From Candidatus Thalassarchaeaceae archaeon (GTDB lineage Archaea; Thermoplasmatota; Poseidoniia; Poseidoniales; Thalassarchaeaceae), in assembly GCA_045568075.1 (NCBI GenBank), contig JBJLBP010000001.1, positions 150,001-182,000 of the forward strand: a DNA stretch of 32,000 nucleotides. Direction: 5' to 3'. The number at the start of each line of letters is the position of its first letter. The first letter of the stretch is position 1. Position numbers and translations under genes: made by a program. Of the stretch, positions 8,789-17,361 are shown in pieces. The notes below the pieces were generated by a model. That model was not told the DNA's origin, did no database searches, and saw nothing but the letters and a program-made list of their open reading frames with translations.

Positions 8789-9380
8789 TCAACGCTGCTG
8801 CAACTTCTCCGGCTTCTTCCAATTGTTCAATTGAAAACCAGTAAGAGGAGGCCTGCCATACGATATCCCCGTTTTTGTCAAGCAAAATTACAGAGGGAGT
8901 TGGTAAATTCCCAAAAGCTTCTACAACTGAAAGTTCCGAAGGCTCTCTAGTATCGAAATCAAGCGCTAGGCGCGAATGCCCATCAATAACCACCGGCCAT
9001 GGCGAATAGTGATCGCTTGAGTTGTTTCCATAAACTTGCATTATGTTTTCTGATGATTCGAAGTTACCGTATCTGTGAATTGTAATTGGTTGAATCGTGC
9101 TATAGTTGAGATTACTTTCTCGGATTCCTTCTGCCCATTCGTGGCAACCTTGACATTGCGAACTAACCCAGAACAAAAGTACCGGATTTTCTCCTAATTC
9201 GGTAGTCAGGTCTAACATCGGACCTCCATCAACATCTCTTCCCAGTGTTGGGAGTGTGAAGGTGTATCTTTTGTCTTCAATTTCCTCTTCTCCAAGCTCT
9301 TCTTGGATTTCTTCAGCCAAACATCCTGCTGTAGCAGATAGTAGGAATAATGCAGTCAAAAGCCCAATTATTTTCTTCAT
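8781..9380 (-). CDS. thioredoxin-fold (TlpA-like) thiol-disulfide oxidoreductase, predicted lipoprotein
   Basis: Trimmed to ATG M25 (base 9380), because the longer ORF overlaps the SDR gene. The N-terminus MKKIIGLLTALFLLSATAGC is a signal peptide with a lipobox Cys. A CxxC motif occurs in VLLFWVSSQCQGCHEW. GGAGAG lies about 7 nt upstream of the ATG. Confidence 0.7.
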   Translation of the reverse strand: MKKIIGLLTALFLLSATAGCLAEEIQEELGEEEIEDKRYTFTLPTLGRDVDGGPMLDLTTELGENPVLLFWVSSQCQGCHEWAEGIRESNLNYSTIQPITIHRYGNFESSENIMQVYGNNSSDHYSPWPVVIDGHSRLALDFDTREPSELSVVEAFGNLPTPSVILLDKNGDIVWQASSYWFSIEQLEEAGEVAAALSD

Positions 9381-9394
9381 TTTTCTCTCTCCAA

Positions 9395-10126
9395 TTATGG
9401 CTTGATAGTACCTAATCCGCCATTGACTCCGATGATTTGCCCCGTCATCCATTCAGGGGCACCATTTACCAACCAACTAGCAACATCAGCAATTTCCTTT
9501 GCTTCACCAATTCTTCCGACCGGATGCATCAAGTCACTAATTTTCCGACTTGCATCATTCTTCAGAAGGTGTTCCGACATCGGTGTATCAGTCATTGCAG
9601 GGGCGATCGCATTGACCCTAATCCCCCGCTTTGCATAGTCTGCAGCAGAGGCGCGAGTCAATCCTTCAACAGCCGCTTTTGCTGCGGCAATAGCGGCGTG
9701 ATTAGTCATACCATGAGTGGCCGCTACGGAAGAAAACAGAACAATCCTACCTCCTTCACCCCTCATCATCGGAACCGCGGCCGATCGAATCGCATTGAAA
9801 GCAGTGGTGAAGTTTTGGTCAATCGTATCTTGTACCTGTTCTGTGGATGTTGCATGTAGAGGTCTCAGAAGGATTGAGCCAACAGCGACGACGACGGCAT
9901 CAAGGCGTCCATGACGTTGGAGGATTTCTCCAACCGCTTCCTTCATTGCATCTGCATCTCTGGCATCCACTGGTAGTATTTCGAGGCCACTAATTTCGTT
10001 ACTAAGTGATTCTAGCGTTTCTTCAGTTCTACCACTCGCTACAATATTCCAGCCTTCTTCGGAGAGATTCTGACAAACATTACTCCCCACTCCTCCGGCG
10101 GCCCCCAATACCCATACAACAGACAA
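9395..10126 (-). CDS. short-chain dehydrogenase/reductase (SDR) family protein, atypical active site
   Basis: Rossmann motif VWVLGAAGGVGS, and an SDR C-terminal half (GIRVNAIAPAMTDTPM, GRIGEAKEIADVASWLV, MTGQIIGVNGG). The canonical YxxxK reads IAAAK, with Ile at the Tyr position, and NNAG reads VAVGS. The TTG start is supported by a perfect AAGGAGGT 6 nt upstream. Confidence 0.85.
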   Translation of the reverse strand: MSVVWVLGAAGGVGSNVCQNLSEEGWNIVASGRTEETLESLSNEISGLEILPVDARDADAMKEAVGEILQRHGRLDAVVVAVGSILLRPLHATSTEQVQDTIDQNFTTAFNAIRSAAVPMMRGEGGRIVLFSSVAATHGMTNHAAIAAAKAAVEGLTRASAADYAKRGIRVNAIAPAMTDTPMSEHLLKNDASRKISDLMHPVGRIGEAKEIADVASWLVNGAPEWMTGQIIGVNGGLGTIKP

Positions 10127-10132
10127 TTCATG

Positions 10133-10140
10133 ACCTCCTT
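10133..10140 (-). promoter_or_regulatory. Shine-Dalgarno sequence (AAGGAGGT) for the SDR gene
   Basis: The plus strand reads acctcctt in the 19-nt crtI-SDR spacer, 6 nt upstream of the TTG start at 10126. Confidence 0.55.
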
Positions 10141-10145
10141 AGGAT

Positions 10146-11738
10146 CTATCTCATTGCCTTAGGTCTACGGAGATCAGGGAACCAAGTATCTACACCATTC
10201 CAATCAACAGGAATCCCTAGATCGGAAATTACCAGCTTACTGCTAATCCTAGCACTCTCAAAGATTGTTGGAAGACCACTTCCTGGATGAGTCCCCCCTC
10301 CAACTAAGTAGAGACCATTCAATTCCTCGAAGCGATTGTGGGGGCGCCTCCAAAGCATTTGGTCTAGTCCGTGGGCTAAATTGAAAACTGCTCCTCGATA
10401 TATGTCGGAAGCACCCCAATCATCAGGAGTAACGATTGTCTTACTAACCATGTGATCTCGAAGATTTGTGTATCCTAAATGCGCCATCTGATCGATGATT
10501 AACTCAGAAAACTCTTCCTTTTCATTCTCCCAGACAATACTTGGATCTGTGTTGGGAACTGGAACTAGAACATACAGTGTGGATTGTCCCTTTGGAGCCA
10601 TGCTTGGGTCGGTGATGCAAGCGTTCTGTACGTAAATAGAGGGATCATTCCAAGGAATTTTGTGATTGTCGATATTCACCAAACTATTCTCATAATCTGC
10701 AGAGGCATAGATTTGATGATGGGGTTCATCGTATAGTTTGTCAACTCCAAGATAAAGCATGAAAGTCGAGCAAGAATACGATTTCTTCTGCAACTTTTCA
10801 TCGGACCACTTCTTTCTCTTCTGGTTTGGAATCATGGTAGTCATGGCATGACCAAAGTCTGCATTCATGATGATCTTTTCAGCCATATAATCCACATTCT
10901 TTGTTCGCAAACCTTTGACAGTCTTGCCTTCGATGATGACTTCATCGACCTCGGTCTCTAATTCGAACAGAACTCCCATCTCTCTGGCAATTTCCCCCAT
11001 CCTAGCAGTAATTGAGCCGAGGCCACCTTTAGCATGGAAAATCCCGTGCTCGTACTCCAAGAATGCTAGAATAGTGAATAACGATGGTGCATGAAAAGGA
11101 CTCATTCCGAGATATTTAGTTTGGAAAGACATTGCCAATCTAACTCGCTCATCGTCGAATAATCGTTCGAGATCAGATGCAACGCTGGCCCAGGGTCTCA
11201 GCACGGTAGCTGCGGAAAAGGCACGCTTGGAAAGAAGGTCGGATGGCCCCCTCCAAGGTGTTTGCAGACAACCCCTTGAACGGGCCAACTTTCTTCGATT
11301 CTCAGTGATGTAACGCTTGAATCCCTCGGCGTCTTTGTCGCCAGATAATTCCCTTACCCTTTCTGTCATCGCCTCTAAATTACAGGTGGCATCAATGGAG
11401 CCACCCCTTCCAAAGACAAGCCGATATGAGGGGTCTAGAGGTATCAGGCCAAGCTCCTCATGAGCGTCTCTTCCAATCGCTTGGAAAATTTCCTCTATAA
11501 CTTCTGGATAATGGAAAAAGGTAGGGCCCCTATCGAACTTGAATCCATCATGTTCGACGATTCTTGTCCTCCCTCCTATGAAAGGGGTCTTTTCGATTAC
11601 TCGGACCTTCAAACCACTGTGGGCTAGGAGAAGGGCGGAAGCCAGGCCACCGGGTCCTGCTCCAACAATCAAAATGTCTTGCTCTTTGTTAATCGAGTTC
11701 TCAGACTCAAGAGAAAGGGAGGGGGATTGCATGCTCAT
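10146..11738 (-). CDS. crtI: phytoene desaturase family FAD-dependent oxidoreductase (CrtI-like)
   Basis: N-terminal dinucleotide-binding fold DILIVGAGPGGLASALLLAHSGLKVRVIEKTPFIGGR. The C-terminal motif LYLVGGGTHPGSGLPTIFESARISS is typical of CrtI-type desaturases. Length is 530 aa. The ATG overlaps the crtB stop (ATGA, 11735-11738). Confidence 0.85.
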   Translation of the reverse strand: MSMQSPSLSLESENSINKEQDILIVGAGPGGLASALLLAHSGLKVRVIEKTPFIGGRTRIVEHDGFKFDRGPTFFHYPEVIEEIFQAIGRDAHEELGLIPLDPSYRLVFGRGGSIDATCNLEAMTERVRELSGDKDAEGFKRYITENRRKLARSRGCLQTPWRGPSDLLSKRAFSAATVLRPWASVASDLERLFDDERVRLAMSFQTKYLGMSPFHAPSLFTILAFLEYEHGIFHAKGGLGSITARMGEIAREMGVLFELETEVDEVIIEGKTVKGLRTKNVDYMAEKIIMNADFGHAMTTMIPNQKRKKWSDEKLQKKSYSCSTFMLYLGVDKLYDEPHHQIYASADYENSLVNIDNHKIPWNDPSIYVQNACITDPSMAPKGQSTLYVLVPVPNTDPSIVWENEKEEFSELIIDQMAHLGYTNLRDHMVSKTIVTPDDWGASDIYRGAVFNLAHGLDQMLWRRPHNRFEELNGLYLVGGGTHPGSGLPTIFESARISSKLVISDLGIPVDWNGVDTWFPDLRRPKAMR

Positions 11739-12751
11739 TCCTCAAGAGGGGGTCTGATTACACCAAGAGTTGACATCAGCACGTTTGCCTTTTGGAAGGC
11801 CGTTAAACTAAGTTGTTGCGAGACAACATCGCCACACAATATCTCTGCTTGTCTTACTAATTGGGAATAGACTGATACCATGATAGTAGGGCTCTTTCTG
11901 GAGTCTGTGTGGATCATTGGAAGTAGTTTAACAGCCTCTTCTCTGTGTGCCTTACATCTCTCGATGTAGTCTTGCATGAATTCTTGCCAATTAGGATTCG
12001 AGGCGAGGCTCGGGCTGGATAAATCGTAGGAACTAATACCATACGATTGCAACTCAGTAATAGGAAGGTAAATCCTTCCGGAAGCAAGATCGGATTGAAT
12101 GTCACGAAGAATATTCACCATTTGCAAGAAAATTCCCATTTCTTCTGCGTAATGTTCAGCCTCTTGACCATCGTATCCATACAGATGGAGGAGGCATAGT
12201 CCGACTGAAGAAGCGACATTGTAGCAATAGCCACTGAGATCTTCATAGGTCTGGTAATTTGTTGGATATAGGTCATCTTCCATTCCATCGATTAGGGAAT
12301 GCAGATGCTGAGATGGAATGTTGAATTTCTCAATAGTGTGCCAGAATGCTAAGAAAAATTTCTCTTTTGGAAATGAGCAATTTGTCAACGGCTGAATGTT
12401 ATCTCTGAGATATATCAGGGCACAAAGTCGGGCTATATGGGTCTCATGATCTAAAGTCCCACGAGACTCATGTTTGTCATCCAAATACTTGGATTTCTGT
12501 AGAGCTCTCAAACGTAGCGAACCCATTTGTTGAGGGGAGAAATTAGAGAAATCGGGCAACCAGTCGCCATCTGCAACATCATCTGCTCTGCGACAAAATG
12601 CATACAGCGCCTTTATCCCATCATGCTTTTCTTTTGGGAGGGTTCTGAATGCCCTCAGGAACGAGGAAGAAGACTCAGTTGCAATCCTCTCACATTCGAG
12701 GTATGACTCACTTAATGTCGCAGCATCATTGCTTACGACATCCCCCAACAT
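11735..12751 (-). CDS. crtB: phytoene (squalene/phytoene) synthase
   Basis: First Asp-rich motif YAFCRRADDVADG and second motif LQMVNILRDIQSDLASGRIYLP, as in the CrtB / trans-isoprenyl diphosphate synthase head-to-head family. Confidence 0.85.
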   Translation of the reverse strand: MLGDVVSNDAATLSESYLECERIATESSSSFLRAFRTLPKEKHDGIKALYAFCRRADDVADGDWLPDFSNFSPQQMGSLRLRALQKSKYLDDKHESRGTLDHETHIARLCALIYLRDNIQPLTNCSFPKEKFFLAFWHTIEKFNIPSQHLHSLIDGMEDDLYPTNYQTYEDLSGYCYNVASSVGLCLLHLYGYDGQEAEHYAEEMGIFLQMVNILRDIQSDLASGRIYLPITELQSYGISSYDLSSPSLASNPNWQEFMQDYIERCKAHREEAVKLLPMIHTDSRKSPTIMVSVYSQLVRQAEILCGDVVSQQLSLTAFQKANVLMSTLGVIRPPLEE

Positions 12752-12771
12752 GCATCGACATCGACCATGCT

Positions 12772-12783
12772 CCGTATATAATG
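12772..12783 (-). promoter_or_regulatory. TATA-box-like element upstream of crtB (possible leaderless transcript)
   Basis: The minus strand reads ATTATATACGGA, about 21-32 nt upstream of the crtB ATG (12751). It sits in the only AT-rich 69-nt spacer of this gene array. The spacing fits an archaeal TATA box with transcription starting at or near the ATG. Confidence 0.35.
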
Positions 12784-12820
12784 AAATGTTTTCAAAAATT
12801 ATTCTTAATTCAATAAATAA
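12784..12820 (-). terminator. oligo-T-rich tract downstream of the UbiB-family gene (possible archaeal termination signal)
   Basis: The minus strand immediately after the stop reads TTATTTATTGAATTAAGAATAATTTTTG, which includes a T5 run. Archaeal RNA polymerase terminates at oligo-T runs. No hairpin is evident. Confidence 0.25.
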
Positions 12821-14065
12821 TCAGTTTTTATAGGGCGGATAAGGTTCTGGAATAGATAGACAGGTACGAAACTCCTCAAGATATGGACTCATTGAAAGAA
12901 TTAATTTGACATCAGGGTGAGTGCGGATAACTAAACCATCGAGATACATCAGTGCACGTATGATTGGAAAGGCCTCTTCGCCGAATACTGCGCCTGCCTC
13001 CTCCACAGCGCATCTAACCGTTTTCATCATTATTTGAGTAAGACTTTGTTCCCCGATAGAGCGCATCTCAAAGTCATGGTAAATCTGGTGCATCTTACTC
13101 ATGTACCTCTCCTTACGCAACTCGTCTAGGTCCTCCTCTGAAAGTCCAAGGAGTGACTGGAATGCATCATCATAATCACTGTTGGATAAATGTTCGAAGA
13201 ATCTGAAAAGAGAGCTGCTGACATGTTTGGGAGCATGACAAATCGCTCCATTATCGATGAAGACAAACATTCCATCGTCATCGATGATACAATTCCCCGG
13301 ATGTAAATCTCCATGGAATGTTCCAATGCCGAATAGGTAGGCACCATGAATCCGGAAAAGATCTAGTAAAGTCGACCAGGACAATGAGCCAGCATCAATT
13401 CCATCCTCAAGAGAATCTCCTCTGATGAATTCGGAAACTAGTACATGATGATTTGACAATTCGCGATAGTACTTTGGGAATCTGAGTCTGTGCATTTGGA
13501 ATGTGTCATCGATTTCCAATTGAATTTTCTTTAATTCATCAGCACCTGAAATCTCATTTCGCAGATCAAGCTCTCTTGTTGTGTAGTCCGCAACGTGATT
13601 CAGTAGAGCGACTGGATTACCGACCTTGCGTAACTTAGGCATGAAGATTAAGAAAATTCGCAACCATCTTCGCATTCGCCTAACATCTCGGCGGAAAGCC
13701 TTCTCATTCTGGGCCTTGATGACCTTGATTACAACATCGTCGCCGGTCTTCAGACGAGCTCGGTGAACTTGCCCAACAGAAGCAGCCGCGATCGGAATTT
13801 TGTCTATTTCCTCAAAGGCATCGAAGAACCCCTCGGGTGCTCTCGTCTCGAGATTTTCAAATACCGACTCAGAAGGAATGCTGGATGCGTGCTGATACAA
13901 TTGCTGTAATTGTCGGCACTTCTCGACGGGAATTATATCACTCCTCAATGCAAATATTTGGGCCAACTTAACGGCGAGTAATCCTTGGGATTGAATCCAA
14001 TCTAAATCGGCTGGACCGGCCTTGAGAATCTGACGTATGAACTTGGCAAATGTCCAGACTCGCAT
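12821..14065 (-). CDS. ABC1/UbiB-family atypical protein kinase (AarF domain)
   Basis: PIAAASVGQVHRARLKTGDDVVIKV matches the AAASIGQVH...VAVKV block, and FHGDLHPGNCII matches the HADPHPGN-type catalytic loop. 414 aa with no TM helix. Confidence 0.85.
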   Translation of the reverse strand: MRVWTFAKFIRQILKAGPADLDWIQSQGLLAVKLAQIFALRSDIIPVEKCRQLQQLYQHASSIPSESVFENLETRAPEGFFDAFEEIDKIPIAAASVGQVHRARLKTGDDVVIKVIKAQNEKAFRRDVRRMRRWLRIFLIFMPKLRKVGNPVALLNHVADYTTRELDLRNEISGADELKKIQLEIDDTFQMHRLRFPKYYRELSNHHVLVSEFIRGDSLEDGIDAGSLSWSTLLDLFRIHGAYLFGIGTFHGDLHPGNCIIDDDGMFVFIDNGAICHAPKHVSSSLFRFFEHLSNSDYDDAFQSLLGLSEEDLDELRKERYMSKMHQIYHDFEMRSIGEQSLTQIMMKTVRCAVEEAGAVFGEEAFPIIRALMYLDGLVIRTHPDVKLILSMSPYLEEFRTCLSIPEPYPPYKN

Positions 14066-14147
14066 ATCGAGTGAGTAATCCTTTCACAATATCAAGTGCT
14101 GTTTCAGATTTGTAACAAATCAGTATTAGAATCGAAAATTCAATGAA

Positions 14148-16349
14148 TTATTTCGATTGTTTGGAAAACCAACTAGGCGTCCACCAATTCGCTTTCCCAA
14201 GTAAACGCATTGTCGAAGGTACTACGATTGCCCTCACAATTGTGGCATCTACAATAACCGCAACAGCAAGAGCAAATCCTATCGATTTGATGATTAAAAC
14301 GTCTGCGAGGATAAAACCGAAGAAGACAGCTACCATGATTGCAGCAGCGCCTGTGATTAGGCTGCCAGAGGCTTGCAGTCCCTCTGCAACTGCCTGTGTA
14401 TTATCTCCCGTCTCCTCCCATGCTTCGTGGATTCTGGACAGCATCAAAACCTCATAGTCCATAGACAACCCAAATGCGATTCCGAATACCAATGGTGGCA
14501 CAACTAGATCGAGTGGTTGGGCGGAATAATTCAGAACGCCAGTAAGTAATCCGTCCTGGAATACAACTACGATTATTCCGAAAGATGCAGATACAGAAAG
14601 TATGTTCATCAAGATGGCTTTGATTGGAACTAAAATCGAATTCACCTGCACGAAAACGAGGAGGACCGTCAGCAGTAGAACGAAAGCGAGAACCGCTGGA
14701 ATTCGCTCCTTCAGGTGATCCTTCAGCTCCACCTCAAAGGCACTCCAACCGCCGATTAGCACCTCCATGTCCTTATCGTCTGCAATATCCATCATTTCTC
14801 TAACAATACGCTCCGATTCGTCTGAACCACTTCGGTGTTGAACCGGGACAGAAAGCCGTATGATATTCTCAGAGACGGAGGCTGTCCATTCCTCTTGCAC
14901 TTCTTGCGGCCATTCTGAGAATTGTTGTTCGAACAAAGCTGGATTACAGATTGGATGCGTAACCCCTATGACTCCATCAATTTGGCTAATCTGTTGACAC
15001 AGTGGCAAAACTCGTTCAGAAAATTCTTTCGAAAATGGCTCGTCGAATTCGTCTAACACGATTACAATAGGGATACTCGAAGCAGTGTAAGCTGGGAATT
15101 CCTCGGTAAGAATCTCAAAACCAATCCGAGATTCCATGTCGGGCGGCAAGGCCTCGATACCGCCCGCACTGAGTTCGACACGGAGGAAAGGGGACGCAGC
15201 AAGAAGGAGGACAACCAGTGCTGGAACTAACCATCGAAGAGGATTTTTCATTACCTTGATTGAGAGTTTCTTCCAAAAATCAGTCTTACGGTTTGCACCG
15301 GGGATAGGAACTGGAAGAGAATTGATTCGAGGGCCAAGGTAGGATAGCATTGCAGGTAGGACTGTGAATGAGTAGAGCATTGCTGCTGCAACCGCGAGGA
15401 ATGCCCCCATGCCCATCGATGGCATGTGGGTTGCTTCGAAGTAGAAGAGGCTGCAAAGACCTACGGCAACTGTGGCGCCGGAGAACATTACTGCCCTACC
15501 TGCTGTATCCATCATTGTTGCAATAGCAGCCTCTGTCGATTCGCCCTTGGCAATCTCTTCTCTGAATCTGCTAATCATGAATAAACTGTAGTCAATTGAC
15601 ACAGCAATCCCAATCAATGAAATCATACTGACGGAATATTCTGTCAAGCCGAAAAACCACCAATCTGAGATCCAATAACTAATTCCCGTGGCCAAGGCAA
15701 CCATCAACAAAGCCACCACTAACGGAAGCATTGCTGCGGTGAATGTCCCAAACACAAAGAGGAGAATGATCAAAGAAATTGGAAGACCTATTACCTCTGC
15801 ACGAATGGTATCATTTTTCATCGCTGTATCGAAATCGTTTCCAATAATCAGGCTACCAGTTACGGTGACTTCGAGGCTCTCGCTTTCAATTGATTTCAAA
15901 TCCGAAATCATATCGTTAAGCTCGGATTCAGACCCCCCTACTGAGAGATAGACTGCTGTCCTTTTCCCATCTGAAGAGCTGTGAGTTGCAATCACTTGTT
16001 GATTGGTTGGGTCATCGTAAATAGTCGAAATACTAACAATATCAATTTCTATTTCTCGTATTGATTCTATGAAAGCCTCGACTGCAGATTGAAACTCTTC
16101 TTCCTGCCATGTCATCTCTTCATGAGAGAGGATGTATGTGACGGTGTTGGAAGCTGAAACAGGTAGTTGTTCATCGATTAGACTCAATGCCTTACCTGAA
16201 TCGGTTGTTGGAGGTGGCGCATTACCATCAATGAAATTCTCTCCTTGACTGAGGAGGACGCCGGAAAAGAGCAAGGAAACGGCGGCGAGAGCAAGGACTG
16301 CTCTGCGGTTTTGGTGGACATACAATCCGAAACGGTGCAAGCGGGTCAT
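14148..16349 (-). CDS. MMPL/RND-superfamily membrane transporter
   Basis: Two 6-TM bundles, each following a large soluble loop. The MMPL hallmark is duplicated: AVSIDYSLFMISRFREE and GLSMDYEVLMLSRIHE. The track ORF extends to a TTG at 16406; I use the in-frame ATG (M20, 16349), which gives MTRLHRFGLYVHQNRRAVLAL. Confidence 0.85.
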   Translation of the reverse strand: MTRLHRFGLYVHQNRRAVLALAAVSLLFSGVLLSQGENFIDGNAPPPTTDSGKALSLIDEQLPVSASNTVTYILSHEEMTWQEEEFQSAVEAFIESIREIEIDIVSISTIYDDPTNQQVIATHSSSDGKRTAVYLSVGGSESELNDMISDLKSIESESLEVTVTGSLIIGNDFDTAMKNDTIRAEVIGLPISLIILLFVFGTFTAAMLPLVVALLMVALATGISYWISDWWFFGLTEYSVSMISLIGIAVSIDYSLFMISRFREEIAKGESTEAAIATMMDTAGRAVMFSGATVAVGLCSLFYFEATHMPSMGMGAFLAVAAAMLYSFTVLPAMLSYLGPRINSLPVPIPGANRKTDFWKKLSIKVMKNPLRWLVPALVVLLLAASPFLRVELSAGGIEALPPDMESRIGFEILTEEFPAYTASSIPIVIVLDEFDEPFSKEFSERVLPLCQQISQIDGVIGVTHPICNPALFEQQFSEWPQEVQEEWTASVSENIIRLSVPVQHRSGSDESERIVREMMDIADDKDMEVLIGGWSAFEVELKDHLKERIPAVLAFVLLLTVLLVFVQVNSILVPIKAILMNILSVSASFGIIVVVFQDGLLTGVLNYSAQPLDLVVPPLVFGIAFGLSMDYEVLMLSRIHEAWEETGDNTQAVAEGLQASGSLITGAAAIMVAVFFGFILADVLIIKSIGFALAVAVIVDATIVRAIVVPSTMRLLGKANWWTPSWFSKQSK

Positions 16350-16428
16350 GATGCTGTTTGCTCGGCTGAAATTGTAGTTATAAGCGAGTGTTTTCGATTC
16401 CTTCAAAAATGAGTCGGGAAATTAAAAA

Positions 16429-17325
16429 TCATCCTAATCTTCGATTTAACTCGGACATCAATTGGCGAGGAATCTCAGAGCCAATTGTCATACGCTCTCC
16501 ATCCGGATGATCAAAAGACAATGATGTGGCATGAAGACAAAGTCTGTTTACACTCGCCTTACCAAAACCATGTCTGGTATCGCCAGCAACAGGACATCCA
16601 AGATTCGTCATATGCAATCGGATTTGAGCTCGGCGTCCTGTGTCTATTTTGATGCGGATGAGGCTGTGTGCTGGCCCTTCTTTCTCGAGCCACCAATTTG
16701 TGATTGCTTCTCGGCCACCTCTCCGACCAGCCTCAACCAAGCGTACTCGCTTGTCTTTTGTCTCGAGAATTCGTAGATTCTCCACACCTGAGTCAGCCGG
16801 GGGTTTTCTATGCACTACCGCGTGATAGATTCGCTCTACTGAGCGGCTTTTGAATTGTCTTTGGAGCATATCTTTGGTTTCTGCGGAACGCGCGAAGATC
16901 ATGCATCCAGATGTCTCTCTATCGAGTCTGTGAACTAAGTGTGTGCGGGTTCTACCATTTTCCCAAGCCCATTTAGCGACTCGGTCATACATCGTATCTA
17001 CTTCGCCTCTATCGGTTGCTACCGAAAGAAGACCTGCTGGTTTGTCGGCCAGGATTACTTCGTCATCGAAAAACAAAACCTCGGGTTCCGGGATTATTTC
17101 TTTGGGTTGAGTCAATGGTTTGTCACCATCTGCTTTCGAAAGTACTTCCACCAACGAGCCTTTTTTGACTTTCATATTTGCCCGAGTTGCCTTATCTCCA
17201 TCGACTCTGACGCGTCCATGATCTACCATTCGGCGAAGGGAGTTTCGTTTGGCTGTGGGGTGAAGGGATGCCAGAACCTCGAGGAGGATTGTGTCCTCTG
17301 TGGTTTCGACCGAGGGGTCCGGCAT
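16429..17325 (-). CDS. RluA-family (RluD/RluC-like) RNA pseudouridine synthase with N-terminal S4 domain
   Basis: Catalytic motif HRLDRETSGCMIFAR. S4-like N-terminus (RRMVDHGRVRVDGDKATRANMKVKKGSLVEV). GRRAQIRLH block near the C-terminus. Confidence 0.9.
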   Translation of the reverse strand: MPDPSVETTEDTILLEVLASLHPTAKRNSLRRMVDHGRVRVDGDKATRANMKVKKGSLVEVLSKADGDKPLTQPKEIIPEPEVLFFDDEVILADKPAGLLSVATDRGEVDTMYDRVAKWAWENGRTRTHLVHRLDRETSGCMIFARSAETKDMLQRQFKSRSVERIYHAVVHRKPPADSGVENLRILETKDKRVRLVEAGRRGGREAITNWWLEKEGPAHSLIRIKIDTGRRAQIRLHMTNLGCPVAGDTRHGFGKASVNRLCLHATSLSFDHPDGERMTIGSEIPRQLMSELNRRLG

Positions 17326-17361
17326 GTGCTTGCCAATAGGCCCTACTCATCAAACTGACCG

